Source: an uncultured Verrucomicrobiae bacterium (GTDB taxonomy: Bacteria; Chlamydiota; Chlamydiia; Chlamydiales; Rhabdochlamydiaceae). From it: DNA of 64,000 nt. The translations under genes and the position numbers were made by a program. The stretch spans positions 1,856,001 through 1,920,000 of the forward strand of contig CAVSUE010000001.1 in the NCBI GenBank assembly GCA_963731265.1. Direction: 5' to 3'. Shown one piece after another: positions 1 through 11,220 of the stretch (the stretch's first letter is position 1; each line of letters begins with the position of its first letter). The notes beneath the pieces were generated by a model. That model was not told where the DNA came from. It saw only the letters and a program-made list of their open reading frames with translations, and did no database searches.

Positions 1-91
1 GAAAAATGCAGTCCACGGTTCCGACAGCTCCGAGAATGCAAAAAACGAAATTTCTTTTTTCTTCAAACCGCAAGAAATTTTCTCTAGATAA
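1..91 (+). CDS. ndk: Nucleoside diphosphate kinase, 3' end (partial)
   Basis: Frame 2 reads KNAVHGSDSSENAKNEISFFFKPQEIFSR*. NAVHGSDS is the NDK active-site His motif. Stop TAA at 89-91. Confidence 0.93.
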   Translation, partial: KNAVHGSDSSENAKNEISFFFKPQEIFSR

Positions 92-98
92 TCATTTC

Positions 99-125
99 AG
101 CAAAGTCCCCAAAAGGGACTTTGCT
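99..125. terminator. Hairpin after ndk, possibly a bidirectional terminator
   Basis: AGCAAAGTCCC (99-109) and GGGACTTTGCT (115-125) form a perfect 11-bp stem between convergent genes. Confidence 0.7.
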
Positions 126-252
126 AGTGTCTAATTGCATATATTGCCCATCGTATTTTGCTCAGATTTTTCTGCCTGAGGCTCTATGGGGCGTCAGGCT
201 GGAAAAGATGAGTAAAATACGACAACTAATTTAGGCAATTAGACGACACTAG
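124..252. mobile_element. Palindromic MITE-like element flanked by CTAG
   Basis: CTAG-tgtctaattgc...gcaattagacgaca-CTAG, with internal arms tcgtattttgctca...cctga / tcagg...tgagtaaaatacga. The right CTAG (249-252) contains the autotransporter stop codon. Confidence 0.6.
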
Positions 253-3200
253 AACGCTTTTCTCAATTCGCCTTCGATCGCATTTTCTCTGAAATATTCT
301 CCAAATTCGCCGTGGTAGCCAACGGTTAACGAAAAGCCGTGTTCCAGCGAGGCGAGCCGAAATCTTGCTTGAGGCGAAATGAGATTGTTTTCGGGATTCA
401 ACCCGTGCACGTAAAAATGGCAGTCGTCTTCTTTTTTAAATCTAGCTCTTGTCCTTTTGCCGAGTAGGCGAAATTCCAGAATGTAGCTTGCGGAGAGGTC
501 GAACATCACTTCCACGTGTTTGAAGCATCCGTTGTAGCCCACGCCAAGTCCCGCTTCGGGGCGGAGATAGTCATAACTTTTTCCATACACTTTGAGATTT
601 AGGCTTTTAGCGTCGTGCTCGGTGTAGCCCGATTGCATGATGTAAAGATAATCGACATTGGCAAAAGGATAAATGTTGATTTTCGCTTTTCTCCCGGCAT
701 CGAAATGAAAATCATAGCCGCCGCCAAAATGGCCCATGACCTGATTCATGCGGTCATAGTGCTCGGCCTTGCGGTGATCGGTCCCGGAAAAGAGGAAATG
801 CTCTACTTTGAATTTCATCCTGCGCTCTGCGTAAACAGGGCTATAGAGAAAAGAAAATAGGGCATCGGAAAACCAGTAAGTGTTCGACCATGCTGCTGCA
901 AGCGTTCCTGCATAAGTTTTAAAGTCCGCCTCCGCCTTGGTGTGGGCGATGTGCATGTCCGTATCCACGAAAGAAAATCCTCCGGAAAAAATCCACAATC
1001 TCTGTTTGCGGTAATCAAAGGCCGTAGTGACCCCTGCAAATGTTTGCTTGTAGCCAGGCAGTGAATCATCGCCGTATTGCCGCACTTTTTCAGCAAACGG
1101 AGCAATCCACAAACGAAACGGCTCCGATTCAGGACAGGAAATCGCCCGCTGCTCAAAAAAATGATCGGTGAAAATTTGACGGATTCTCTCGGCGACATTT
1201 TCTTCCGCGTAAGCGATGTTGTCGAAGTTGGCGGGCTGCATTTGATTGAACGATCGGCGCAGCTCAGGCAATGTTTGCAAATCCAAAATCGGAATGAGTC
1301 GTTCTATATCCGGGAAAGATTTGAAGTCGAGGACTGAAAAACAAACAGCCGCATTTCTTGCATTGCCGGACGGCAGAACCTCATCATAGGCTACTTTATC
1401 TAAGAGCACATACACGGCGTCCGGGGTATAGAGAATTTCGAGAATGTATGTCGGAAAAGGATTCGTGAAGTTGAAAAAAGCATTATAAGTCATCGTTGGC
1501 GAGGTGATGATCGTGTAATAGCCGACCTCAGGCCTTGTGAATCCATCGGGCATGAGGAGCAATGTGGAATTTGGATTGATCGTGACATTTGTCGATGCAG
1601 CTAGGCTGGAAGAGCCTGTATTGTCAAATGCGACGGAATAAGTCGATCCGGGATTGAAGACGACATGGGAAGCGTTCAATGTGCCGATGCCATTATCGCC
1701 AGGCGCAAGCGTGCCGTTGACGGTGACATTTTGCACTTGCCCTGTGCCCTCTAACGTCCCTCCGCTATTAACAGTGATCGTGGAAATCACAGAGCCATCG
1801 ACGGTAAGAATCCCTGCCTGCACTGTCGTGGGGCCTGTATAAGTGTTATTACCGCTGAGAATTACATTTCCCGGACCTTGCATGGTCAAATTTCCCGGTC
1901 CCGAGATCACCCCTGCGCTATTCGCTGTACCAGGATTGTTGAACAGCAAAAGACCATTGTTGACAACATTGCTGTTCGTGGGGAGCCCGCCATTGGAATT
2001 AATCTGCAAGGTCTTCGCTGTCGCGATCGTCGTGGTTCCTGTATAAGTATTTGTCCCGGAAAAAATGAGGTTTCCATTTTGTATTGTCACTCCTCCGCTT
2101 CCGCTGATCGGTCCGGCAAAAGTAATCGTGTCCGGCTGATTGAACAGCAATAAACTATTGTCGATAACAGAATTTGACAGAGGAAGGGCTGTATCGCCGT
2201 TAATTTGCAATGTTCCACCAGCGATGATGGTCCTCCCTGTATAACTGTTCGTGTTGTTAGTAAGGAGCAATGTTCCGGGCCCGTTTTTTTGGAAGCCTCC
2301 AGGCCCCGTTAGCTGCCCTGTCAATGTTCCGATAAATGCACCGTCGACAGTGATGTTTGCTGCATTTTCGAAAATGAAAGTCCGCGGCGTACTCATCGTG
2401 GCGGTCATTTCCAAATTGCCAATATAAAATTCCAGGGGGTTTGGGGCGGCCCCAAGATTTGCATCGTCGGAAACCTGGATCGTCCCCGCGATTAAAAAAG
2501 TCGTGCCCGTGTAGTTATTCTCCCCACTTAAGACCAAAACGCCGCTCCCACTCATGGCCAATCCACCTCCGGATCCGCTGCCCAAGCCATTATCGCTTTC
2601 GATCGCCGTGCCAATCGCAAACGTTGTGGAATGTTGAAAGTTGATGAGGCCGCCCGACATGATAAAAAAGTCCTGGCCGAGGAATTTTGCAAGAGTGGCC
2701 CCCCCAGTTCCTGCCGTGGACGTGCCGGAAGTGATCGTAGCCGGCACGGGATCTTGAATATTCAAAGTCCCAAACGCGCCGAGAAAAACTGTCCCGCCCA
2801 GTGCTGCCCCTCCTCCACCAGAACCACTGGCCTCTCCGCTGCCACCAAATCCTCCTAAAACGCTCTGACCGGAATTGCCTGCAGAATACCCAGCTCCACC
2901 GCCACCGCCAAATCCCCCATTTCCAACATTCGAACTCGCATTTGTTCCGGTTCCTGCTCCGCCCCCGCCGCCTCCAAATGCTATTGCGTTAAAAACCCCT
3001 CCATTCCCACCTGGGCTTCCTGAGCCGCCCGAAGCTCCTCCACCTCCGCCGCCGCTAAATCCTCCGTTGCCTCCCGCTCCCGCAGCTGTAGACCCAGAAC
3101 CTCCTGCGCCGCCTCCGCCGAACATAGCCGTGGAACTCCCTCCCGCCCCGCCATTCCCCGCCGTTGCACTTCCGCCGCCGCCTGCGCCTAATGCGGAATT

Positions 3201-4145
3201 GCCACCGGCTCCGCCATCACCCGTGGCATTGCCCCCGCCGCCACCGCCGCCGCTATTACCTGTTCCAGCGCCGCCAGTTCCTCCGCCCGCAGTGCCCGCG
3301 GTTCCGCCCGGATGTATCAAAGAATCTGCTCCTCCGGAGCCTCCAGTTGTCGTTAGGTTGCTTCCCGGCTGCCCAGCATTTGCATCCGATCCTCCACCAC
3401 CACCACCGCCGCCGAGACTTCCAGCTCCGCCAGGAAAAAACAAGCCGCCACCTCCACCGCCACCCCCGTCTGAGGCCCCTCCTCCTATACCACTGAATCC
3501 TCCTCCGCCGCCGCCGCCGCCGAATGCTATCTCGCCTCCAGTTCCGCCCGACATACCTCCGCCACCACCACCGCCGTTACCTGCTCCAGTAGCTCCTCCA
3601 TTTCCTCCTTGGGCAAAACACATGGAATAATTGAAACCTTGCACGGTAAGAGAAGATCCGGGAGCAACAAAAATTCCTCCAGCTGCTCCTAAAGCGCCAC
3701 CTCCTCCATTAGCTTCTCCCATTCCGCCGCTGCCGCCTATGGAAGCGCCGTTCATCACTTGAATATTTGTTCCAATCGTCACAGGCGCAGAAGAAGGCTG
3801 GGCGACAAAAAAGACGCTATAGAGATTTTGTCCGTTGATGGTGATTGCATTCCCATTTGTGTTGATCGAAGCGATCGATGCACCTGGGATGTTTGATCCG
3901 ATAGGAGGCAGAGGACTCATCAGCGTGATTGTCCCAGCAACCCCCGGCCCGAACACGATCGTGTTGCTGCCCACAGTGGTATTTCCACTCAAAATTGCCT
4001 GGCGCAAAGAACCCGGACCGCTGTCATTCGTATTCGTAACTGTGAAGTTCGCGCCTGACAAAGAAGCCGCATGGAAAAAAGAAAAATAAAACAGGCCGGA
4101 TAAATATTTTCTCATGGGAATTTTCCTGCGCAAGTCGACACGCAT
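249..4145 (-). CDS. Autotransporter / adhesin with a Gly-rich passenger, passenger-associated repeats and a C-terminal beta-barrel
   Basis: Signal-peptide-like N-terminus; VTNTNDSGPGSLRQAI motif; about 350 aa of poly-Gly; four GxxxLSGxNTYTGxT-type repeats; aromatic-rich C-terminal region ending in Phe. SD-like GAGGT upstream of 4145; alternative start at 4115. Confidence 0.88.
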   Translation of the reverse strand: MRVDLRRKIPMRKYLSGLFYFSFFHAASLSGANFTVTNTNDSGPGSLRQAILSGNTTVGSNTIVFGPGVAGTITLMSPLPPIGSNIPGASIASINTNGNAITINGQNLYSVFFVAQPSSAPVTIGTNIQVMNGASIGGSGGMGEANGGGGALGAAGGIFVAPGSSLTVQGFNYSMCFAQGGNGGATGAGNGGGGGGGMSGGTGGEIAFGGGGGGGGFSGIGGGASDGGGGGGGGLFFPGGAGSLGGGGGGGGSDANAGQPGSNLTTTGGSGGADSLIHPGGTAGTAGGGTGGAGTGNSGGGGGGGNATGDGGAGGNSALGAGGGGSATAGNGGAGGSSTAMFGGGGAGGSGSTAAGAGGNGGFSGGGGGGASGGSGSPGGNGGVFNAIAFGGGGGGAGTGTNASSNVGNGGFGGGGGAGYSAGNSGQSVLGGFGGSGEASGSGGGGAALGGTVFLGAFGTLNIQDPVPATITSGTSTAGTGGATLAKFLGQDFFIMSGGLINFQHSTTFAIGTAIESDNGLGSGSGGGLAMSGSGVLVLSGENNYTGTTFLIAGTIQVSDDANLGAAPNPLEFYIGNLEMTATMSTPRTFIFENAANITVDGAFIGTLTGQLTGPGGFQKNGPGTLLLTNNTNSYTGRTIIAGGTLQINGDTALPLSNSVIDNSLLLFNQPDTITFAGPISGSGGVTIQNGNLIFSGTNTYTGTTTIATAKTLQINSNGGLPTNSNVVNNGLLLFNNPGTANSAGVISGPGNLTMQGPGNVILSGNNTYTGPTTVQAGILTVDGSVISTITVNSGGTLEGTGQVQNVTVNGTLAPGDNGIGTLNASHVVFNPGSTYSVAFDNTGSSSLAASTNVTINPNSTLLLMPDGFTRPEVGYYTIITSPTMTYNAFFNFTNPFPTYILEILYTPDAVYVLLDKVAYDEVLPSGNARNAAVCFSVLDFKSFPDIERLIPILDLQTLPELRRSFNQMQPANFDNIAYAEENVAERIRQIFTDHFFEQRAISCPESEPFRLWIAPFAEKVRQYGDDSLPGYKQTFAGVTTAFDYRKQRLWIFSGGFSFVDTDMHIAHTKAEADFKTYAGTLAAAWSNTYWFSDALFSFLYSPVYAERRMKFKVEHFLFSGTDHRKAEHYDRMNQVMGHFGGGYDFHFDAGRKAKINIYPFANVDYLYIMQSGYTEHDAKSLNLKVYGKSYDYLRPEAGLGVGYNGCFKHVEVMFDLSASYILEFRLLGKRTRARFKKEDDCHFYVHGLNPENNLISPQARFRLASLEHGFSLTVGYHGEFGEYFRENAIEGELRKAF

Positions 4146-4309
4146 TGATGACCTCGATAATAATTTAAGTTATGAATCATAATGCGCTTGAGATTTGCAT
4201 CAAAGAGATTTTGTAAAACGAGTTGTATTTCCATTTTTGCGAGACCAAAAATGGAGCATTCTCTGTGATCTCTATGTCTCTGTGGTAAATAAAAGGGAAA
4301 AAAGCCTCA

Positions 4310-4480
4310 GAGGATGTCTACAAAGTGAGGGTTCGTCGAGTTTTTGGATTATTTTGGCCGCTTTTCGATTCTTTTTGCGGGGGTAGTATACGCAAGTTGA
4401 TACAACCCCCGCAAAAAGAATTCGAAAATCGGCTCAAAAGAACCGAAAAATCGACAGAACCTCGCTTTGTAGACATCCTC
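4310..4480. mobile_element. 171-bp palindromic MITE-like element with TCA direct repeats
   Basis: tca-GAGGATGTCTACAAAG...CTTTGTAGACATCCTC-tca, with long imperfect internal symmetry (ctttttgcggggg / cccccgcaaaaag). The right TCA is the pckG stop codon. Confidence 0.75.
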
Positions 4481-6277
4481 TCAAGCCAAACGCCGTTTCA
4501 GTGCAGACAGCTCTTCTCGAATCGCCTTCGGCAATTTATCCCCGAATAGCTTGAAATACGTTTCCAATCCATCCGCTTCTTTTTTCCATGCTTCCTTGTC
4601 CACATGAAGAAGCTGTTGAACGACTTCTTTTGGAATGTTTAAACCAGATACATCCAAACTCTCCACTGTAGGCAAGTAGCCGATCGGAGTGATCTGGGCA
4701 GACGCTTTTTCGTCGATCCTTTCGCACATCCACTTTAAAACTCTCGAATTTTCGCCGTAACCGGGCCAAAGAAATTTTCCATCTGCATCTTTCAAAAACC
4801 AGTTCACGTAAAAAATACGGGGAAGATTTTTTGCATTCATTCCCATGTGCAGCCAATGATCGAAATAATCGCCCATGTGGTAGCCGCAAAAAGGGAGCAT
4901 CGCAAATGGGTCATGCCGCAACTTTCCAATCTCACCTTTTGCCGCGGCGGTCATTTCGGAAGAAACGGAAGCACCGATAAAAACTCCATGAGGCCAAGAC
5001 AACGCTTCATAAACAAGAGGAGTGGTCGAAGCCCTCCGGCCTCCGAAAATGATCCCTGAGATCGGAACGCCTTTCGCATCTTCCCATGCGGGATCGATGG
5101 CTGGACACTGGGAAGCGGGGGTTGTGAAACGTCCATTGGGATGGGCTGCCTTAGTTCCTGATTCCGGCGTCCAGGATTCTCCCATCCAGTCTGTCAAATG
5201 ACGCGGAGGTTCAGCGGTCATAGCTTCCCACCACACGTCTTTGTCATCGGTGAGGGCAACGTTAGTAAAAATCGAGTTGCGTTCAATCGTTCGCATCGCG
5301 TTAGGATTGGATTGCATTGAAGTGCCGGGCGCTACGCCAAAAAAACCTGCTTCGGGATTGATCGCATACAATCTTCCATCAGGGCCAAAGCGCATCCAGG
5401 CGATGTCGTCGCCCACGCATTCCACTTTCCATCCCGGCAGCGTAGGGGTTAGCATGGCAAGATTTGTCTTGCCGCATCCGCTGGGAAAAGCGGCGGCGAA
5501 ATACTTTTTTTGCCCTTGAGGATTGGTGATTCCGAGGATCAGCATGTGTTCGGCCATCCAACCTTGGTCGCGTCCCATCACAGATGCAATACGGAGAGCA
5601 AAACACTTTTTGGCAAGAAGGGCGTTTCCGCCGTAGCCACTCCCATAGGACCAAATGGTCCTGCCCTCAGGAAAATGCACGATATATTTTTCATCTGAGC
5701 GGCAAGGCCAGGGCATATCTTTTTGCCCGGGCTTTAGAGGTATGCCCACCGAATGCATACAGGGAACAAAAAAATCGTCGCCCAGCGTCTTGATCACTTC
5801 TTTGCCGATGCGCGTCATGATGCGCATGTTGCAAACGACGTAAGCGGAATCGGTGATCTGCACGCCGATGTGGCTTAAAGGAGAACCGATCGGCCCCATG
5901 CTGAAAGGAATCACGTACATCGTCCGCCCTTGCATGCAGCCGTTGAACCGGTCTTTCAGCAGAGCGAGCATTTCTTTTGGATCGCGCCAATGATTCGTCG
6001 GCCCCGCGTCGTCTTCCGATTCGGAACAAATGAACGTGGCTTCTTCGACCCGCGCGACATCCGCAGGAGTTGAGTGGCACCAAAAAGAATTCGGACGTTT
6101 TTGTGGATTAAGCGGAACGAAAATCCCTTTATCGACGAGCTGGCGCGTCAATTGATCGTATTCTTCTTGGGATCCGTCGCAGAGGTGCACGCGGTCGGGT
6201 TTACAAAGTTGAACCGCTTCCTCGACCCATTGAATGAGCCGGGCATTTGAGGTCCACTCTCGTAATGAGGAAATCAT
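4481..6277 (-). CDS. pckG: Phosphoenolpyruvate carboxykinase (GTP)
   Basis: [34 protein letters not shown] and [13 protein letters not shown] motifs. Confidence 0.97.
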   Translation of the reverse strand: MISSLREWTSNARLIQWVEEAVQLCKPDRVHLCDGSQEEYDQLTRQLVDKGIFVPLNPQKRPNSFWCHSTPADVARVEEATFICSESEDDAGPTNHWRDPKEMLALLKDRFNGCMQGRTMYVIPFSMGPIGSPLSHIGVQITDSAYVVCNMRIMTRIGKEVIKTLGDDFFVPCMHSVGIPLKPGQKDMPWPCRSDEKYIVHFPEGRTIWSYGSGYGGNALLAKKCFALRIASVMGRDQGWMAEHMLILGITNPQGQKKYFAAAFPSGCGKTNLAMLTPTLPGWKVECVGDDIAWMRFGPDGRLYAINPEAGFFGVAPGTSMQSNPNAMRTIERNSIFTNVALTDDKDVWWEAMTAEPPRHLTDWMGESWTPESGTKAAHPNGRFTTPASQCPAIDPAWEDAKGVPISGIIFGGRRASTTPLVYEALSWPHGVFIGASVSSEMTAAAKGEIGKLRHDPFAMLPFCGYHMGDYFDHWLHMGMNAKNLPRIFYVNWFLKDADGKFLWPGYGENSRVLKWMCERIDEKASAQITPIGYLPTVESLDVSGLNIPKEVVQQLLHVDKEAWKKEADGLETYFKLFGDKLPKAIREELSALKRRLA

Positions 6278-7371
6278 AAGACGTTTGATTTGCGCTTCTT
6301 GAATTTGTCGAGATATTCAAGCGCTTTTCCTGTTCCGAGGCAGACAGCAAGAAGCGGATTGGGTGCGACAATCACCGGAAGCCCTGTTTCTTTGATCAAT
6401 GCTTTGTCCAATCCTTTGATCAGAGCGCCCCCGCCCGCAAGCACCATGCCGCGTTCGACGAGGTCGGCTGCAAGTTCGGGAGGGCATTTTTCAAGAATCA
6501 ATTTAACGCTTTCTACGATCTGTTGAATCGGCTCAAAAAGACATTCCCGAATTTCAACGGAATTGATCCGCTTTGTGATTGGAAGGCCGGCCACTTGGTC
6601 GCGTCCTCGCACTTCCATTTCGAGTTCGTGCTCTCCAAGAGGATAAGCAGACCCGATCGTCATCTTAATTTCTTCAGCGGTGCGCGGCCCGATCATCAAA
6701 TTGTAAGTACGCCGCATGTAATTCACGACGCACTCGTCGAATTCATCGCCAGCAATCCGGAGCGAGCGCGATTCGACAATGCCTCCCAGGGAAATAATGG
6801 CAATCTCGGTGGTACCGCCGCCGATATCGATGATCATATTGGCAAAGGGTTCGTGAACAGGCAGATCGACACCTATCGCCGCTGCCATCGGCTCTTCAAT
6901 CAGGATGACTTCCTGAGCGCCTGCGCGAAGGGCGGAATCTTCAACGGCGCGTTTTTCTACGCCGGTGATCCCGGAAGGAACGGCGATCAGAATTTTCGGA
7001 CGGAACAAGCTGCGTGCAGGAGTCACGCGTTTGAGCAGGGCACGAATCATGCCTTCCGCAATCTCAAAGTCCGCAATGACGCCGTCTTTCATCGGCCTGA
7101 CAGCATGGATTCTGCGGGGCGTTTTACCGAGCATCGCCTTAGCTTTATGACCAACTGCAAGCACTTCGTTCGTCGAAGAATCGACAGCGACGACAGAAGG
7201 TTCGGCCAAAACAATTCCCTTGCCGCGCACATACACGAGCGTATTGGCGGTTCCCAAGTCAATTCCGATATCGTTGGAAAAAATTCCGGAGACCTGTCCG
7301 AATTTGTCAAAGATCCTTCGGCCAACTTTGTTGAATACTTGTTTTAAACCGGATTGTTGTGGTACAGTCAT
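6274..7371 (-). CDS. mreB: Actin-like protein MreB
   Basis: [37 protein letters not shown] and LAGGGAL motifs. Confidence 0.97.
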   Translation of the reverse strand: MTVPQQSGLKQVFNKVGRRIFDKFGQVSGIFSNDIGIDLGTANTLVYVRGKGIVLAEPSVVAVDSSTNEVLAVGHKAKAMLGKTPRRIHAVRPMKDGVIADFEIAEGMIRALLKRVTPARSLFRPKILIAVPSGITGVEKRAVEDSALRAGAQEVILIEEPMAAAIGVDLPVHEPFANMIIDIGGGTTEIAIISLGGIVESRSLRIAGDEFDECVVNYMRRTYNLMIGPRTAEEIKMTIGSAYPLGEHELEMEVRGRDQVAGLPITKRINSVEIRECLFEPIQQIVESVKLILEKCPPELAADLVERGMVLAGGGALIKGLDKALIKETGLPVIVAPNPLLAVCLGTGKALEYLDKFKKRKSNVL

Positions 7372-7383
7372 ATGATTAAAAGT

Positions 7384-10300
7384 TTAAGTCTTGAGAAGTT
7401 CGAGAACGTCTTCCCACGTGAGTTTAGCAATTGCCTCATCATCGCAGCTTATGACTTTCTTGACCAATCCTTTTTTCTTCTTCTGCATCTCGGCAATCTT
7501 CTCTTCGATTGTATTCAAGGTGATCAGCTTGTAGGAAGAGACGGAATTTTTTTGTCCCATGCGATGCACACGGTCCGTGGCCTGCGATTCAACGGCAGGA
7601 TTCCACCACATATCATAATGGATAACGGTGTCCGCTCCGACAAGATTGAGTCCGGTTCCACCGGCTTTCAAAGAAACCAGGAAAACCGGGATGTTGACGT
7701 CTTCGTTGAATTGTTTGACGACCTCGAGGCGGTTTTTGCTCGACCCGTCCAAATAGGCGAAAGGAATCCCCTTGGCCTCGAAATCTTCGCTCATGATCTG
7801 CAGCATGCGCGTATACTGTGAGAAAATCACTGTTTTGTGTTTTCCCTCGATCAAAGTTTGCAGCAGCTCGAGAAGCATTTCATATTTGGCGGAATCGCCG
7901 CTCTCAGCCTTTTCTTTGGCGAAGATGGCGGGGTGGCAGCAGATCTGTTTGAGCCGGGTAAGAGTCGCCAGCACATGGATCTGCACACGGTCGAATCCAT
8001 CGCGCTGAACAAGCTTCACAAGTTCATCCCGCGCCGATTCTGCGTAGGAACGATAGAGTTCCTGCTGCACATCGCTGAGCTGGCAGTGGTAGACGAGCTC
8101 CGAAACAGGAGGCAGGTCGTCAAGCACGTCCACCTTCATCCGGCGCAAGATAAAAGGGGCAACTTTTTTACGCAAATATTCGATATTTTTTGTTTGGTCC
8201 TTGCCAGAGATGCGAATGTATTTTTCCACAAACCTGTCGTAGGTTCCCAGAAACCCCGGCATTAAGAAATCGAACAGACTCCACAGTTCGTCAAGAGAAT
8301 TTTCGATCGGCGTACCGGAAAGAATCAGACGATGTTCCGCATGGACCATTTTGACCGATTTGGCATTGCGCGTGCCGCGGTTTTTAATGTGCTGGGCCTC
8401 ATCGAGGATGACGTAAGTGAAATTTGTGGCTTTGTAGGATTCGATATCTTTTTGCAGCAAAGTATACGAAGTGATCATCACGTCGTAATTTTGCATCTGG
8501 TCGATCAACTTCTTTCGATTGGAAGGAATGCCATCGACAACGGTCACTTTGAACTTGGGATTGAATTTGGCAAACTCTTCTTTCCAGTTATAGAGCAGCG
8601 ACGTCGGGCAGACGATCAAGGCACGGCTCGTTTTTTTCTTCATATGCTGCGTCAGAGCGACGATAGCCTGCAGGGTTTTGCCAAGCCCCATGTCGTCGGC
8701 CAAAATCCCGTTCAGGAACATGAGGCGCAAACGCTCCAGCCACCGTACGCCTTCCTGCTGATACCCTCTCAATACCGCTCTGATATCGCTAGGAACTTCG
8801 GAGAAGGTCAACAATTTTTCGCCAAGCATTTGTTTGCGGATCTCGATCAGATTCTCCGTCATCGTAAATTCAACGGGAAGGCCTTCAAATTGCGTAGCGT
8901 CGATATTAGCAAGGCTCCATAGCGGCCGCTGCATCTTGTAGTCTTCCATCACTTCGATCCCCATCTCGTCGAAAAGCTGGATCACGCCATTCAACCTGTC
9001 CAGATCCAGCACCAGGATCTTGGGCATTTTATTGCCCTCAGCACTTTTCTTTCCTTTTGATTTCGGCGAATCGAGCTCGATAAAAGAGCGTTTGGCGCTC
9101 ATGCATTCCCATAATTGATCCAGGCGGACGCCCTTGAGCGCGCCGTCGACAATCAGCTCGATCTCGTAAGCATCGATGCGGGATGTGTGGCTCAATTTCA
9201 AGATAAACCTGGTTTGATCATAGATGAATTGATCGAGCAGATTCTGCGGACAGTTGAAAGTCACGCGATGTTGATTCCGCGGAATCACATCAGTCATAAA
9301 TTCGACGATTTTCTTCTCGGACTTGGAAACGTAGACGCCGCTTTCGGGATTAAAAATAAAATCCTGGAATAAATCTTCTAAAATCTGGCGCTCTTCGACA
9401 AGATTGCGCGCTAGAATTCCTTCCTTAGTGGTAAACGATCTCACATCTTCAAAGGTCAACTTTGAAGCTGTCGAAGGAATTTTATGTTTGTCGTAAATGA
9501 AGTGCAGGCTTGCATCGAGCTCTCCATCGAGATAGGAAATTTCGCAAACGGCTTCGACATTGCCCACAAAAGGAAGCGTGACGAAATCTTCAATCGCTTC
9601 CTGGTGTGCGACCTCGGCGTACCGGGCAAGCTGCGGAAGTGAGTTTTCGACAAATGTGCCGAACAATGGCTCGGGGATCGTCATATCCCGGATCTGAAGC
9701 AAATTGCGCAAATGCACGCGGGTGATATTATCCTGGAACCGATAATACGCATTTTTGTAGAGCATCCCCGGCTTAGCGCATTCGAAAAAGCGGACGTCCT
9801 CCAAAGTGATAGGCTCCTCTGCAATTAAGATATGCGGATTGACGAGAATTTTCGACGTCGGAGGGCGGATATATTCCAACGAAAAACGCAAACACGCGTG
9901 AATGGGCGAAAAACGCAGTGGCGTCTCCATCGTTCCCTCGTAAAGCCCTGGCAAAGCCGGGAAGTCGTCTTCCTGGCCGACAAATCCCTGTTTTTTATAT
10001 TGCTGCGAAGCCATATCATAAGTCTTTGCCAAAATCATACCGAAGGATTCCAGGTCAAGCTGCGCCACACGCAGGGCACGCTCCGAATTGGTATTTTCAT
10101 GAAACCGCGCTTGATCGCGGACCATCCGTATGATTTCTTGCTGAGCAGGATCGAAAGATTTGAGCGAAAAGCAGTATTTTTTCCCGCCGATAAAGATCGA
10201 TTCCTCGTAACGGAGCGCCTCTAAAAAAGGCTTGATTTGAGGAACATAAAGAGGCTTGGAGCGGAAAGGAAGCCGAAGAGCGACCTGAATTTCGACAATC

Positions 10301-10869
10301 CCTTTATGATCATTTTCCTGAGGGTTGAAGATCAAAGCAAATTCAGCCCGATCGACATCCTGCTTTTCCTGAGCGCGGAAAAAAGGGGAAGCCGCGAGAA
10401 GCTGGGAAGAGACTACATACTCTTGTAGCAATTGCTTTTGATACTGTTCTTCCTGCCGCTGTGATTCCTTGGACTCCGCCTCTTTGATCTTCTCCAAAAG
10501 CTTCTTTTGCTCTTCTTTGTCAATCCCCGGTTTTCCACCTGACTTTATATCGTTTTCCTTTGAATAGGCAACAAGGATCTTATCGATATTCTCTTCAAGA
10601 TAGAATAGAACAGCCGCCAAATGCTGGCAATCATAGTTGTAAGGACAATCGCAATCCGAATCGATCGTTTCGCAGTCCTGCCTGTCGATTTCGATCTCAC
10701 TTTCATAGCAGTTATCGAATTGCCCCAGCACCCTTGCTGAGACCCGCATCAGCTTGGCGTCCAGGTGGATCAACTTGGCCGAAACGACTTTCTGCAAGTC
10801 GTAAAGTTCACGCCCCTCTTTGACGATCGAAGAGGAAAAGTCTTGCTTCAGCTTGCGAAAGTTTAACAT
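7384..10869 (-). CDS. SNF2/SWI2-family helicase with N-terminal SWIM zinc finger (CT708-like)
   Basis: CDC...CQH SWIM motif, ILADDMGLGKT, DEAQ, SGTPIEN, QATDRVHRMGQ. Sits next to mreB-pckG as in Chlamydia. Confidence 0.93.
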   Translation of the reverse strand: MLNFRKLKQDFSSSIVKEGRELYDLQKVVSAKLIHLDAKLMRVSARVLGQFDNCYESEIEIDRQDCETIDSDCDCPYNYDCQHLAAVLFYLEENIDKILVAYSKENDIKSGGKPGIDKEEQKKLLEKIKEAESKESQRQEEQYQKQLLQEYVVSSQLLAASPFFRAQEKQDVDRAEFALIFNPQENDHKGIVEIQVALRLPFRSKPLYVPQIKPFLEALRYEESIFIGGKKYCFSLKSFDPAQQEIIRMVRDQARFHENTNSERALRVAQLDLESFGMILAKTYDMASQQYKKQGFVGQEDDFPALPGLYEGTMETPLRFSPIHACLRFSLEYIRPPTSKILVNPHILIAEEPITLEDVRFFECAKPGMLYKNAYYRFQDNITRVHLRNLLQIRDMTIPEPLFGTFVENSLPQLARYAEVAHQEAIEDFVTLPFVGNVEAVCEISYLDGELDASLHFIYDKHKIPSTASKLTFEDVRSFTTKEGILARNLVEERQILEDLFQDFIFNPESGVYVSKSEKKIVEFMTDVIPRNQHRVTFNCPQNLLDQFIYDQTRFILKLSHTSRIDAYEIELIVDGALKGVRLDQLWECMSAKRSFIELDSPKSKGKKSAEGNKMPKILVLDLDRLNGVIQLFDEMGIEVMEDYKMQRPLWSLANIDATQFEGLPVEFTMTENLIEIRKQMLGEKLLTFSEVPSDIRAVLRGYQQEGVRWLERLRLMFLNGILADDMGLGKTLQAIVALTQHMKKKTSRALIVCPTSLLYNWKEEFAKFNPKFKVTVVDGIPSNRKKLIDQMQNYDVMITSYTLLQKDIESYKATNFTYVILDEAQHIKNRGTRNAKSVKMVHAEHRLILSGTPIENSLDELWSLFDFLMPGFLGTYDRFVEKYIRISGKDQTKNIEYLRKKVAPFILRRMKVDVLDDLPPVSELVYHCQLSDVQQELYRSYAESARDELVKLVQRDGFDRVQIHVLATLTRLKQICCHPAIFAKEKAESGDSAKYEMLLELLQTLIEGKHKTVIFSQYTRMLQIMSEDFEAKGIPFAYLDGSSKNRLEVVKQFNEDVNIPVFLVSLKAGGTGLNLVGADTVIHYDMWWNPAVESQATDRVHRMGQKNSVSSYKLITLNTIEEKIAEMQKKKKGLVKKVISCDDEAIAKLTWEDVLELLKT

Positions 10870-11220
10870 AGGTGGTCGGTCTGCTTTTTTTTATTTTTGG
10901 GATTATCTTTTTTAGAGGATGCCAGAGCACACAAAAGGGAATCGATTTCCGAGTGGAATGGCAGACTCTAAAATGCTTTTACATTTTTTGGGGATGAGTT
11001 GCAAGAATATTTGAAAAAAGGGCGGAAAAAGATCCTTTGCGCGGCTAATTTCCATAAAGGTCTTATAGTCAATACCTTAAAGAAATCTGCTCATCTAACC
11101 ATAAGCTGTTAACGTTTGTCGCTTTAAATAACTAGAAATTATTAAAAAAATTTAAACAAAAACTAATGAAAACAAAGACTGTTTAATATAAAATAATAAT
11201 AAACAATAAAAAGGTCTTTC

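Noticed and set aside
2875..3630. 251-aa Pro-rich ORF on the + strand
   Set aside because: It is the antisense shadow of the poly-Gly codons of the autotransporter.
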